Positions 37,041 to 51,700 of a stretch of DNA of 64,000 nt are shown piece by piece. Source of the stretch: Owenia fusiformis (taxonomy: Eukaryota); contig CAIIXF020000001.1 in NCBI GenBank assembly GCA_903813345.2, positions 1,488,001 to 1,552,000 on the forward strand, in the 5' to 3' direction. The translations under genes were made by a program, and so were the position numbers. The notes beneath the pieces were generated by a model. It was not told the DNA's origin. It was given only the letters and a program-made list of their open reading frames with translations, and searched no databases. Numbering within the stretch: the stretch's first letter is position 1; every line of letters begins with the position of its first letter.

Positions 37041-37818
37041 CCTTACTAGAATATTTTTAGTTCTCAATGAATTGATGTTTAGGCCTATGTCCAAGTCCAA
37101 GATTGGGCAGGAAATATTATGATATAGCCCAGGGGCAGAACTGAAACTGTAGAGTGACCCAATTTTGAAAATTTGGCCCTCAAATGTGAAAATGCGGGCC
37201 CTGAATTTTTACTATAGGCTAAAAATGAAAAATAAGGAGGATTGGCTCACAGGGTTCCATCTCGATATTCTGCCATATATGGAGTCATTTTGTGATAACA
37301 AAATTCTAAATCAAACAACCGCCATTTTTCACTTCAGTTCAATCGTTTGGTCTTATCCAAACAAAAAATTCAAAACTCACAAGTGAAAGTGATCTAAAAA
37401 GTTGACCCCCTGTTTTCAATTTTAATGAATTTTCCGAATTCAATGAAACTACATCTAACATGATCTCACCCACGAGACTTTTATATTTGATCTTATTTTA
37501 GCGGATAATTTAGGATCATTGTAAAAGAAACATATTGGCGTTTTTGGATAAGATTGATTCCCTTAAAAAAGCCGGACTAAGCCTTGTCTCGGAGAAGAAA
37601 GTTCATCAGTCTACTGCATGTTACGCCTGCCTTGGACAATTTTGATATTCTTACATATTGCAGATTTAAATGTCCTCTTTTGAATATCAATAATTTAATT
37701 TGGGTGATATTTCTATATATTTCACAAAAAATTATTAGCGCAACCGTAACTTGTCTTTTATTGAATCGGTCTACTGCACATTACGCCTGCTTCGGACAAT
37801 TTTGATATTCTACATATT

Positions 37819-38270
37819 CACGCCCGGTGATCGTACAAATGGGATGGAGGGGGATTGGGCGATTTCTGCAAGAAAAATCAACAAATGTGGAAGATTTATT
37901 TTTTCAAGAGAAAATTTACAACTGAATTGCCAAATGAATAGGCGCAGTGCATGGCAAAATATGTTAGGTCATCTAGTATTTTTTTGAACTGATACCCTTC
38001 TATTAAGAAAGGCGCATCATCACCAACGGGCAAAAGTCAATGTTTTTGCTATAAATCGGGCAACAATAATGGTCTACACGACCTGTAATAAATAGGTATA
38101 GGGGACGTTATTATCACAATACTAATGACGACATTGCTCACTTTTTTTCGGATTTATAGCAAAAATTGACTTTTGCACGTTTGTGACTTTGCGCCTTTTT
38201 AATAGATCTCATGTTTTAGAGGCATATCGGTTCAAAAGAACTCTAGAAGACCTAACATATTTTACCATTC
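37819..38270 (+). mobile_element. Copy of the CACGCCCG family with an internal inverted arm
   Basis: 5' part matches 6342 and 43930; ~38150-38270 is the reverse complement of ~37955-38055. Confidence 0.8.
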
Positions 38271-41200
38271 CGTAAATACTTCTTTCAATGGACGTCTCCT
38301 TTTTAGCAAATGTAATCACTCAATTTTCCGTCTGTCTGTCTATCCGTCAATCTATCCTTCCGTCCGTTAAAACCTCTGTCGATAGGATTATCCTGTTTTA
38401 ATCTATTTTTGTTCATCATCAATAAAACAAACCCCCTATAATTCCTGGTAAGAGTATTCCTCCGTCGCCATTTTTGTTGCAGAAAATTCACTTTTTGAGC
38501 TACACCTTGTGAGCCCAGCACCTAGTTAGTATTTATTGATTCTTACATTTTTGTATGGAATTAAATAATTTGAACTAAAAGTTGTTATTGTTCTAACTCT
38601 TTTATAGCTTATCATTTTATTTTCTGTGAACTTATTTTTACAAAATGATTGCATGAAAAAATTTAACTCATTTTTACTGAGCACATAATTTTGGAACAAT
38701 CTTGTTGCAGATCAAACAGACAAATGGTTATTATTAGGCGCCAAATTCAAAACCAATGGAAAAATCGTATCCGACGGATACTATTTTTAAGACGTCATAT
38801 GAGTCGGATACGATTTTAGTGGCGCGTACCAAAATTATCTGCCGTATCTCCGTATATATTTGGTATCCATGGGGTTATTAATAGTATTGTTAGTTGTAAC
38901 CTTTATTATACAGCAGATGCAGCATTATAGCACAATCTTGTCATCGAACAATTAACATTTTTACTAACTACAATATTCATTTACATGTTCACAAAGAGCT
39001 TTACATATTGTTAATTGTAATTGCCATGTTCGAACCAATGTTTAATTCCGTATTATGATCATGGTAAAATAATTCTTTAAAACGGACGCCCCGTGGAGAA
39101 GACTGAAAGCCTTACATGTTTTTGGAAGAAAAGGGTAAAAATGAGGCACAGCAGTTATTCTCCTCTTGAGTCTTTCTTCGATGATATCCCAGAGTAACAT
39201 TTTGGTAGCATTTTATACTTTATATACTATTTGGTATAATCAATTCACATCTTGATTGAAAAGGTGTCAGTTGTTTCTACGCCATCCCTAAACAAAGGAT
39301 CGTCAATAGATGGAAAGGGTGTAACTGTATTCCCCACTTGTTGGCTCTTGTTGTAATCTGAGCGCTTCTTAGATATCAGAATCTAAAATATCCGACTTTA
39401 TCAATGAAAAATGATTGGGATCATTGCCGACATCCTTGGTCCAATAGCGTATTTCACTTCTTCCATAAAAGCATAAATGAAGTCCTTTCAGTGAAGAAAA
39501 ATGGGATGAATGGTGTTGAGGCCTCAAGGTTCTCTCTGTTTTAATTCAGTAATAATACCAATTTTACAGGGACGATATTTATATAAACAAGGGCTGAATA
39601 GAATCATCTCATTTTAATGAAATAACCTATAGGCATTAACCAGACTTCAACATACCATGATTAAAATCACAACATTGCCGAACAACTCACAGTATTTTAA
39701 GGTCTGGTTGTACCAGCAAAAAAAGAATCTGGTCATGATTTTTCTGTCACTGCATAACAGTGAATGCGTCCATTTCAACTCTCATTTTCTCATGCCTTCC
39801 CTGACATGTTTTTCATTTTCCTACCGATTATCGAGATGGGGATGAAGGCGAGGGTGAGGACCAAGAGGCAGCACAATCCAAATAACACTCCGATGACGAC
39901 AGAACTCTGAAACATACAATTGACTGGATATATTCACAAGGGACGGTCGATATAAAGATGGCAGAAGAGGTAGAAAATGTATTATAATCCCTCTGAAGCG
40001 CAAAGAGGATTGGATCCCAGAATGCAATCTCGATATTTTCCAACCATGAACATGTCAAATAGTGTCGTTATTTTCTGAAATTATAACTGGCTATAAATTC
40101 ATAATCAACAGTCCAAAAGATTCGAACCAATATCTCTAACACGTCTTGTGTGTTTTTGGATTTTTTCGATCGAAATAAGACCAAAACTCGCGATAAATGG
40201 CGTCGCTTTTCAAGGAATTCGAATTTTGTAATCTCATCTCCATATCAGAATATCGTTTGGAACCCTGGGAGTCAATCCTCCGTGACGAAGAGAAAACATT
40301 TAAAATAGGTTGATTACACTGCCATCTTTATTTTGAAATTATTTCTATTTACTTCAGTCAAAGAATGAAATTCAACATAACCTGATAACTATGACAAAAA
40401 ATAAAGATTTGTTTACGATTTGTATAGGGAAGAGTTCCTATATTCCAGGTTATTCTATTGATACATTTTATTCCATTGATCGATGAAAAGTGATTGGAAT
40501 GATGTGACTTTGATTTGAAAAACTATAGCATGTACTCTTTAACCTCTTGAAAGCCTCTTTTCTTACCTCATTAATAATTCATAATTAATTCATAATACAG
40601 GGTGTCAAATAAGTCCCGTCCCCCCTGCTACAGCTAGAACCTAAATAGATGGTGCCTAGTGTGATATACCATTGGAAAGATCATACAAAGTTATGTTAAC
40701 TCACCAACTTTCAAGTATTTTGGATGAACTTCACCTATGTTTTCATGATGTCTTTTATAGTTAGCAAACCCTCCTTTAAGCAGGTTTTTTGCTTCAAAAT
40801 GAGAAGGATTCGACCTCAGAAATACGTCAAAAAGTTCACCTTTTTCGCATTCCCCCTTGTTATGTCCATATTTCTTACCTCATTAATAATTGATTCATAA
40901 TTAATTCATAATAATTCATGATATGTCCATATTTCTTACCTCAAAGGGGGTCAGGACAACAGAGCCTGAAATTGAAAATTAAATATGGGATCGATCATTT
41001 TTTCCTTTTTGACTTTAACTTCACAAATATCACAATATTCTCTCAGCAAATTAAAGCAAAGCTGTGCCAAAATATTTTTATTTTAGGCTACTATCAATTC
41101 ACGTTTCGAATGAGCAGGAAAACACGAACTACCGAGGGGGGTCAGCTGAGAGGTTAGATCTCCAACCGTAACTTATGTAGTCTTAAACATATACTTTATA

Positions 41201-41701
41201 TATACTTACCAAGGCGAACCTGACATTGGCAGTTAGTTGAATTATTCAAGAGATCACCTCCATTTGAGGTCACTACTGTTGTTGATTCATTCATTGTCAT
41301 CTATAGTTCTATTCTATATTGGAATGAGGAAAATCATATGGTAATAGTAACATACATAGTAATAGGAACAATATAGATCACAGATATTTTCTTCTTTAGC
41401 TGTTACATTCTATGTAGACAGATCGAGCAGAAAACAAGGCGCGTGCGTAACTAAGGGGCATATTTGGAAATCAAGAGGGAGGGGCCAAAATCTGAAAATT
41501 TGGGCCCTATTTATTAAAATTAATGCTCTGTTATGCCAGTTTGTTACCTAATGTGACTAATTGATGAGGAGAAAATCAGATTTTTGGGGCCAACAAAGGG
41601 GGGGGGGCGGCTGGGGGAGGTTTTGGTTAATATGAATAATCTAAATCAAAGTTTAATACTTCTAAATAAACGAAATTGTAACATAGTGATACAGGAATAT
41701 A

Positions 41702-41771
41702 CAGAGTGTCCATAAAGTCTCTTTTCACAGACGTTCACTTTTGTAATTGTAAAGAGACCTCGGACACCCTG
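41702..41771. mobile_element. 70-bp hairpin MITE, CAGGGTGTCCAT family
   Basis: ta|cagagtgtccataaagtctcttt...aaagagacctcggacaccctg|ta. Confidence 0.75.
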
Positions 41772-43929
41772 TATACTTAACGTGATAACATACCTATATT
41801 ATTTAATACTGTCAGTAGGAAAACCCTTCTTCATCAAACGGTCTTTTTTTAGTTCTACCAGATGTTTTACGTCACATAAGACGCACAGGTAGTATATTCT
41901 TGCTTTAAGACTAGTCTATGTTTCAGTAAATTAGGACTATGTCCACTTCCTAAACCAGGTCTCCAAACTTGTAAACAACAACCAGGACACGATAAATATG
42001 CATGCAAGTCACTGTGTGAATAGAAGTGAAGTCAACGAACTGAAACAAACAACAATTACGTATATCTTGTCCTGATAACGATCTTGAATTCATCGTTCTT
42101 AAATTCGAGATTTTAAATTGAAATACAGATGATCATTGAATAAATCTTAGATCTAATGAGGCCAATTTAGATTCATTGGCTATTGATTAGTCCAGTATCA
42201 AATCTCTTGACCCCCCCCATCTACTACACATGGAGGTGTTTAAGGGTGAGGTCGTAAGATGGGCTTGATGCAAGACTAGTTCGTGAAACATACCTTATTT
42301 TTGTGGCAATCTGTCTGTGTTCAATTTATCAACGTTTACCGCAGTAGTAACAAATGCGAAAAGAAAAGTTGGGCATGTAAACTAGAAGTGACCTAGGCCT
42401 AATTCGTTGAGTCAATGTTTTACAAAGCCACCATAATAGGATTATTTTGAACTATTTTAGGCCAAACAGGTTAAATTTCCGATTATTGGGACTTTTGTAT
42501 AATGACCGTGTTATCCAGGCTTTTCTTTGATTTGTAAAATTAATTGCTAAATACACATCTGATTGAGGGTAAAATCCCAAAAGGGCATCAGGAAGCTGCT
42601 ATAGCAGTGAAGCTCGATCTTGAAGGGGCCGGTGGGTTTGACAAAGAAGGTTTTGGGATGAGGCAACGCTAAACACATATTTACTTACTTCGACCGTACT
42701 ATGTTAAAAACATAAATTGTAAGGAAAGGATAGACATTCTTTGGGCAAGCCGAGTGGAGTAAATAATCTTTTACATGGACCAAAACATGATAATATACCT
42801 ATACACTTTTCTTGTTTCAATATTCCCAGGATTATCGCCCACACAATATGATCATCACTCATTAGATCCAGGGATAGCTTCGGAATGGAGCACATTAAAT
42901 ACATTCTGGATGAACAAACATTGCGTCATCTCTTTTTATACTTTATTTCCCATTCAAACATCCTTTTATTTCATGAAAACGAGCCACTGTTGACCATTTC
43001 ATGAATGTCTAAAGGTAAAATACAGTTAGTCGGCAAATGTACGCAATCCATCACAAAATGACAAAAATGTACACCCCCAAGGTCACGTTGACCTTGATTT
43101 GACCTTTGTTGACCTACTTTTTTTTAAAACCAATACTTTTTAATCCTCAGGGGGTCCAAATGAGTCCTCCCACACACACACACACAATGCTACTTCGTGT
43201 AATTAAAAAGGCTTCAGACATTAGGGTTGATTTAAACATTTACAAAATTGTTTTAAACTATCTTACATTTTTACAATTTAGTCAACGCTCAAAAGAATTA
43301 ACATACTTTTCCATTTCTTTGGGTATTCCTTAATCATATATCAAGAGGAAAACATGAGAACGATGATGTTGGGTGACGAAATCATAAAATATAATTATAT
43401 TTTATGTGTTTCCTGAACAATTCAAGAATAAATTATTTTAGGAAAGGGGATTTAATTGAATGATAATTACCCGGTAATGTCAGTTGTTATATAAATTGCC
43501 CAGATTATATGGGGAGGAGCAGATTTTTGGGCCCCAAAATGTTATCGTAAATCATTCACCCAATCACCTATTATACTACCCTGCGTGCAGAGTCTAGTTA
43601 AACTACAGACGGAAGCTCTCTTTTAAGAAGTGAAGTCGAACGAATGCAAAGGGTACTATTATACTTATTCGCAACTTTACTGATTTTTGAGAAATAAACC
43701 CCTGAAACATATCCGTCTAATCAGTCATTCTGATTTAACCACCTTTATTTAATGTTTGAGGGGAACTTTCGTAAGAAAATATGTCCCTGACTAGTCAAGT
43801 AAGCATGAAGGAATGAATGACTAGGAAAAACGTATTTTTCTTCTCTTTGCTGTAATCTCAATTTCATTAAATTCATGACATGGGAATTTATTGGTGGCTC
43901 GTGTTTCTAAATACAGTAAACACAGTAAT

Positions 43930-44244
43930 CACGCCCGCTGATCGGAAAATGGGACGGAGGGGGAGCAGGCAATTTCTGCTAGAAAATTCAACAAATCTGG
44001 AAGATTTACTTTTTCAAGAGAAAATTTTCTATTGAATTGCTGAATGGATAGGCGCACGGTATGGTAAAATAAGTTAGGTCTTCTGTGATTTTTTTTAATC
44101 GATACTCGTATAAGATCTATTTAAAAAGGCGCAACGCCACCAACGTGCAAAAGTCAATGTTTTTGCTATAAATCAAGCAACAGTGGTCTACACGACCTGT
44201 AATAAATACTTGTTGTAAGTCCCATTTTCCGATCACCGGGCGTG
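43930..44244. mobile_element. Complete 315-bp CACGCCCG-ended MITE (Transib-like)
   Basis: 26-bp TIR CACGCCCG(C/G)TGATCGGAAAATGGGAC; flanks GTAAT / GTATT (5-bp TSD with one mismatch). Confidence 0.85.
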
Positions 44245-44764
44245 GTATTGAATTCATAACTGTTAACATCATAACTGTTAATATTACCTTTTCTTATTGT
44301 TTTCCAATTTCAATTTTTGTAAAAAATCACATTCTTATATACATCTGTACATGTCACTGCAGGTTATGCCAACCCATGATACTCTTTGCTACATAGCTAA
44401 ATAAAGTTGAATAAATAGATGTCAGCACTTACTTTTATTTGTTTAGGTTGGACCAGATTGCTATATGCTTCTATTGTAAATACCCGCAAAAGTCAATTTC
44501 ATGATTTATCAAAACGTGTTCATTGAATCTGTTTAAAACTTTAGTGGCATACTGTGGGCTGATCCTGTTACATAATGTGATTAATCATGATGATTTGGGT
44601 TGTTGAACGAATAATAGCAAAAATTGAGATTTGACCCACACTTTTTTATAAAGTTTAAAAGGCCAGAGAAAATGATTTAAATAACATAACTGTATCACAT
44701 GAAGTTACTATTGTGTAAACTTTTCACTGAATTCAAATATGCTATTTGAGAATGAAGAGTACAT

Positions 44765-45343
44765 CACCCCATGCAGACAGATCGCCTAAAATTACATTCG
44801 TATGATGCGAGACTCGACATTCACTAGGAAGCAAATTTTTTTTTACTGCTTTATAAATGGTGAATGACAGTCACATTGAGTTCTTTAAGTATGAGAATAG
44901 CACGACGTCTTAATATTTCAAGGTAACTCGTTTGTAACTAAAGTGATGGCGGTGATTGAAAAAAACGATGTAAAGATAAAACCGCAACGAAATGTTTGTA
45001 GATTTCTTTGAAAAACTAAGAAATATACACATCACATATCGAATTTTTCATAACAGAAAAAACATGTATAAATAGTAAGGCCTGCAGGTCCGATTCCCCC
45101 TGGTAGCATTAACATTGGTTTTTTCAATCACCGCCATCACTTTTCAAACGACGTTACCTTGAAATATCAAGACATCATGCTATTCTCATACTTATAAAAA
45201 CTTAATTTGGCTGTCATTCACCATTTATCAAGCAGTAAAGAATTAATTTGCTCTATGGGTGACAAATTATTTCAAGTTTCCTGGTGAATGTCGAGTCTCA
45301 CATCATTCGAATGTAATTTTAGTCGATCTGTCTGCATGGGGTC
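44765..45343. mobile_element. ~580-bp fold-back element
   Basis: ~200-bp arms (ccccatgcagacagatcg.ctaaaattacattcg ... aagtgatggcggtgattgaaaaaa and their reverse complement); flanked by gtacat on both sides. Confidence 0.85.
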
Positions 45344-45714
45344 GTACATGTATGTCATTAGAGATTAATATGCAAATCTCTTAAAATCTCTTGAAAAGAG
45401 AATTAGCGAGATTTCAAAGCTAAATAGAAACTCCTCTATTGACTTGATTAGTCGTTCAATTTTAATTTAAGTAAAAAAACATCGTTATCACACTGCTGGT
45501 TCTCCAAGAGATTGTTCAGGCTTGGATTCCACAATTCTATTCAATATTTAGGGACATTGCGAGCAACTTTTGGAGAAAGTAGATCATCGATGTATTAAAC
45601 AATGTATTTCCATGTCCCTTTTATGTGTACCTTTAAAAAGCATTCACCTCTCAAAAGAGGGCTTCAACGACGAAAATGGGGCAAGAATGTTAATAACTCT
45701 TGGATTCGGTGTAT

Positions 45715-48700
45715 CTATTTACTTTGTTGATCAAGTCTAGCGTCCAATTTTTTCATTGCGTTGTCCATGAAGAGCGTCATAAAATATTTTGTCTTTTGGA
45801 GTTGGCGTCTGTTCGGTAATTCATCCACAATGTTGTACCTGTAAATATACGTAAGCATAAAGATACACCCCCCTCCATAAGTGATATATGTATCTAGTAT
45901 ATATACACTCCCCTCCATAAGTGATATATGTATCTAGTATATACGAGGGTTGATCATAAAGTTCTCATAATATCTCTCTAATTTCTTTATTTTTCAATAA
46001 TTTTCTATGAAATTTTCACAGAATGTGCAGCATGGAATGGTATATAAATCCAGCAAACAATATTTAGAATAACACAAACATTAAATAAGAAATGGTTGCC
46101 ATAGTAACTTGAAATCAAGGCACCCGGGGCAAATAAAAAAACTAGCTAGAATAGCCCCCATTAACTATGTTTAAATACATAATAAGTTGTCAAATAAGCT
46201 ATCAAACACATTAAATTATCAAATAATATGAGCCCTTGACTGTTGTGAACTATTATAATGGTCATGTGAATTGTGTGATCGCATAATGGATGATTGTTAT
46301 GCTTCATTAGAAGTGACTGTTAGACCCCATGACTGTTTTGTCAAATATCCTGAGGAAAATTGATTTTGCCCCTTTAGTTCATTTCAACATGTACAGACCA
46401 CACACAGGGTGTAATTTTGTTGATATCTTAGCAATATATTTGTTTTAGACCATGTTTAGTCTGACCAGAGGATCTTACAAACTTAACATAACATTTTATC
46501 AGTATGAATTTTATTTTGCTGAATATCTCTGCATCTGTTGCATTCTCTTACTCAGTCATTTCTGATATTTCAGCTTTGAGTGTCAGACTCTGGTATCACA
46601 TCTAACGGAGCATGAAAGCTCCCCCTTTGACATCACACAATTTACACGATCGGTTTATTTAATTGTTAAAGCACTTTACAACATATTCAAGTTAACATTT
46701 TAACGTGTTTGGTAATTCATGAGAGTTTATTATGTATGTAAACATGGTTAATTAAGCTCATTCTCTGAATTTTTTTTTATTTGCCCCGGGTGCCTTGATT
46801 TCCCGCTACTATGGCAACCGTTTCTTATTTAATATTTCTGTTAAACTAAATATTTTTTGCTGAATTAATAAGACATTCTATGCTGTACATTCTGTGAAAA
46901 TTTCATTGGAATATATTGAAAAATAAAGAAATTAGAGAGATATTATGAGAACTTTATGATCAACCCTCGTATATATATATACACTCCCCTCCATAAGTGA
47001 TATATGTATCTAGTATATATATACACTCCCCTTCATTAGTTTGGCAACCAGAAGTCCAATTTTGGATCACTTTTCAAAGCCTGTTTATGTTTGACGATTT
47101 AGGAAAATTCACCTTTTTCATAAATTTTCGAACTATTGCAATTATTAGAAAGAAAAGTAGGATTCAAACATTGAAAGGCTTTGGTATGCTGTCCAATGAA
47201 ATTACCGATTGGCAAAGTTGTGGAGGGGAGTGTACTATTATCTTACCATTGTTTTAATATTTTCTTTAAATGTTTTCTTCTTTTCGGTAACTTGATAAAA
47301 CAATGTTTTGCTTCATTGTACGAGGGGTTATTTAAAAGAAATGGAACTCAGAATGTAATGGAACGTAGAACGGACTCATTGTCATGGTTTTATAAAACAG
47401 TGCGAGGTTTCCAGAATTTAATACACGAGGCGTGTCTAACCATTCGTTCAATACCTCGGACTTAATTAAAGTACCATATTAAAAGGAATAAGATCTCTTA
47501 CTTGACATGTGGATGTTTAATGAGATATTTGCTGTGCGCGAACTCACAAGGTTTTTTCTTCAACAATACCATAGATCCTCCTTTAGGGTTACATCCCCCA
47601 TCCTGCAATTAAATATTATATAAGATGTTCTTCAAGGCTCGATCTTTGGCACCATTTCTTTTCTATGGCGATATTTTATCTAGTATAGTATTTCATTTTT
47701 GTAAACGTTCTATGCTAATCTCCTTGGTTACCTATGTCACATTCTTCCTTCTCAGTCTTGAGATGTCGTGAATTCATGTAAAAGGTTTAGCGATCCAGAT
47801 GATTTCAAAATCAAAACTCTATGAGATACTTTATTTTAGCTTATTTTTCATTATGTGGTCATGAAGCGAGTTACAATAATTTGATTTGTGTTTTACATGT
47901 AGTAATTGGGTCAACATTAAAACAGAGGATGGTGTCTTTTGTTTTATTAATGGATATTAAATGAACTGAAACATATGAGGACCAACACGAGTTTTTTCTG
48001 TTGCCTGGTGTTACTGAATAGAGACCACTGGTAAATGTTTTACAATAGCAACAATAAAGTGGTAACGCTTCACGTTTTTAAAAGAACACGTGCATGATCG
48101 CGAAATATTATGATCTCCAAGAGTACTGTTCCCCTTAATTGTTTACTGTCGCTATTTTCCTTAAAACCTTATATTTAATCGTTGAAGTAAATATTAAAAA
48201 GGAAAGAACCTATCCCTCGAGAACCTCAACACGTCTACGCACATGTTCTCTTTGAAAGAAATGTTTTAACTAACCTCACCAATGACCCTATATTTACCTG
48301 TACGGTGTACCGTTTAAGGCGATGTAGGTGTTTCTGCGGGGACTCTACCTTCTGGTCCCCATCTAATTTCGGTGTAACATTTATGTGGAAATTCTGTAAA
48401 CGTTTTTCAAGATAACTTAGCGTCTTGTCACTTGTCTCCCAATCTTTGAAATCAGGATATGAATCTCCCATAGACGTCCTATAGGTAACATATGCAGAAA
48501 TAAATTTCATTTTGATACGTCGCCATTTGTCCCCGGGTCGATGATCGCCAAATGTGAGAGCGTCTCTTTTTCGCCGGCCCTTTGATCGGTCAAGTACATC
48601 CGTAATTCGTTGGTCTCTTTGTTCAGTACTATGTGAATGAATTCCTTTTATTTTTTCTGTTGTTGCTTTTTTAACTTCACATTTCACAACAGCGCCACCT

Positions 48701-51700
48701 ACACTCTCTTTAGTTTTAGTACTTTCAGGTTGGATTTGAGATGATTTTAGAATTGAAGCTTGTCTTTCATTTTGTTTTGAATTCTTACTCATATCACTTC
48801 TTGACATTTTCAACTGAGCAGGATTAGATTCACTGGGTTGAGCATCACTGTCACGAAATCGCACGTGTTTTTCACGTGTTTCTGATGTCTCTACTTTTTG
48901 TTCATTTATCCAAAATGCTTCTTCTCTTCCTGTGCTTGGTATATTAGCATTGGATGTTCCACCTTCTACGGGAGTACCCGTTGTAGTTTCAAGTTCATCA
49001 TTTTCCATAGGTTTAGTATGTGTCGTTGTTGCGTAAGTATTTAAAGATGGACGCGTTGGGACGTATTTTTTCCGCCAAACATTACTCGCGCCATTGATTG
49101 CTCCCATCAGCCGCTTGGCCACTTCGCTCTCAGCGGCCTTTTCAGTGGTGAATTGTTTCTTCAATACATCACTGAGTTCTCTCCGAGACCGTGGCTTCCT
49201 ATCCAAGATCTTTTTTCGTTCCTTTAATTTTTCTCTCTCGATGAATATTTTAGTCACTTCGCCGCGTTCTACCTTTCGCTGCATCAACTGTGTTCTCTCC
49301 CTTGCCTTCTCTCGCATTTGTTCAAGAAGATAAATCGAATCCGGGTTGACAGGATCAACTAATGTCGTCCTTCCTTCTTTGAAACTTTTGATCAAATACC
49401 GATCTAGTAGGTCCTTTGATGGCATATCTTTGGACATTTTAAATGGTGGTAGTTGGCTTGATGGAGGCCTGGGCACGTATGTCATTGTGAATAACAACCG
49501 ATTCATCAAAGGACAAGAAAGATTTCTTTCTCGCAGTGAACTTATTCTCGTCATAAGTTTACTCTCGACTAAAAGCCTTATCACTTCACCTATCCCATAA
49601 TCCTTTCTGTTTAGCAGACGATCAGCATTCTCTGGATTTAAAACATACGTCTCCACTTGCGATAAACAAACTGCAGTCTGGAAATGGGTATTGAGACCAC
49701 ATACCAACTCAACATCCCCCATAATCTCACCAGGCTCTACACTGCACAACCCAACATATTTCTGAGACATCGGCTTCTCTGGAGGACGCCTCGTTGCCAG
49801 GACTGCCCCGACAGTCTTAGTTTTATCGACAAAGTGAATGCCTTCAGCTAGTTCTTCCTCTTGTTTAATAGCATCCTCCAGTATGTAAGGATATTGTATC
49901 TCATGTTGACTGGCATCAAATAACAGCTCTGCATGTCCCCTAAAATAGTCGGTTATAAGTGCATGTAACAAGGCTTAGAGGCGGGCTCAGAGGCTAGAAA
50001 TGAATAACACTATTAATCTATTAATCGACAGATGTATCTTAAGTTTACGTCTATGTTTTTTTCGAGGCACAACATGCATTGTTCATCTTCACTTTATTTC
50101 AATTTATTAAAGAAGTATACTATGTTGAATACCTAAAGAGGAACCTGACTCCAGAAAAGGGCTGTCCTTGTTTGTTGATACAGTTATCGTAGAGGAAACT
50201 CTCCTTTGTGAGGCTCATCTCCAGCTGCTTTCTCAGTTTTATACTCCATCTGCTGAAAATCGGGTGCGTCTCTACAAACTCACGCTTCTCTTGAAATTCT
50301 CGTTGTTGGAATGCCTGAAATATATGCACATTAAACAATTACAGTAAAACATGTCTGATCCGAACGCTATCTAATCAGGACAGGCAAAAAGTGTTCGGAT
50401 TAGCATGTGTTTTTATTATGTGAGTCTATGGGCCGGGACTGACCATGAGAAAGTCGTCACATTGGGAGGCGGTCTGATTAGATAGATGTTAGGATATAAA
50501 GGTTTTACTGTTAAATTATTTTAATCCGTGTTCTCTTTGTTCTACTGACATTCTGATAAATCTAGTTTTTTGACTGTATACCGTTTTCAGTGTTCCTTTA
50601 TATGTTATGTTCGATTTTAATTCTTTTTGAACGAATTGGCAGAAATGATTATACTACCTTCAATGTCCCTTCATATAGTGTTTTATCAATGACTAGAAAG
50701 TCAGCGTCCTCGTCTGCTATAACTGTGGCGTTTCTCTCATCTATCTCATCTGTGGATATGAGTGCCAGCTCACCAAAACTATCACCAGTGCCTGAAAAAA
50801 GAATGCATCAAATTCATTAATTTTGTTAAAATAGAGAACGGTGTACAATAAAGCAGCAACTACCACAAGGCCTTTCAAAACGTGAATCTATTCTAGTCAC
50901 TGTTCCACAACTAGTTACATTGACGGAACGTCAATGTAACAAAATGGATGAACTTCCTGAATACGAATTTTTGTTTTCTCGATTTAAACTTACGTATAAG
51001 TCACATTGCGGACTATCATTTGGCACAATGTTAAACAACATAGTTTAGCTTTGAGAAATGCTCTTGGTTTGGAATTTGATTTGAAATAAAGTTTAAATTT
51101 ATGCATTTAGACCATCGCTTTAAATCGAGAAAACAAAAAAATCATAACCAGGAAGTTCATTGACGTTCCGTTAAAGTAACTAGTGCTAGTGCTAGTTCTG
51201 AGATACAAGCCGTAACAAAATAAATATCAGCGTTTGGAAAACATATTTATAACATTTGAACGAACGTACCAAAATGGACTATGAATTTGCCGTATTCGTT
51301 CCTCTTTCTTTTGCGTCTAGACTTTATCACAGGTTTGTGATCATCTCCATCATTATCAAGTACGTCCACTATTCCCAAATCGTCCTCAATTTTAGAATCG
51401 ATATAGACAGAAACCGTCCCGCTAACAATAATGTAGAAACTGCAAAAATGGTTTACCATTGCAAGGCTTAAAAATATATTTAGCTACAATTTAAGTTTTT
51501 AAAAAGCATGAAAATTGTAGAAAGGTCCGTGATAAAACTAGACTATACTGAAGATCAACTAATAAATGCCATAAAACATAATCAAAATAATTTACCATAA
51601 GATATATTTAGCTATTGGTTTATGCTACGAATTTGAATAATTCAGTGTAATTTAAAAACACTATACACATTAATAAATGACATACCAATCTCCCGTTTCT

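Noticed and set aside
38440-38480. YY1-like CGCCATTTT / AAAATGGCG motif as a gene start
   Set aside because: The minus-strand ATG closes after 11 codons, no convincing donor follows, and it lies next to repeat sequence.
39000-40000. Possible decayed coding relic (e.g. DGDEGEGEDQEAAQSK*HSDDDRTLKHTIDWIYSQGTVDIKMAEEVENVL*)
   Set aside because: Interrupted by stops and has no motif I can recognise; a blastx/tblastx search would be needed.
42230-42990. Possible pseudogene fragment (NIPRIIAHTI*, loosely like glycosyltransferase IPxIIHQTW)
   Set aside because: The similarity is too short, stops intervene, and no splice structure supports it.
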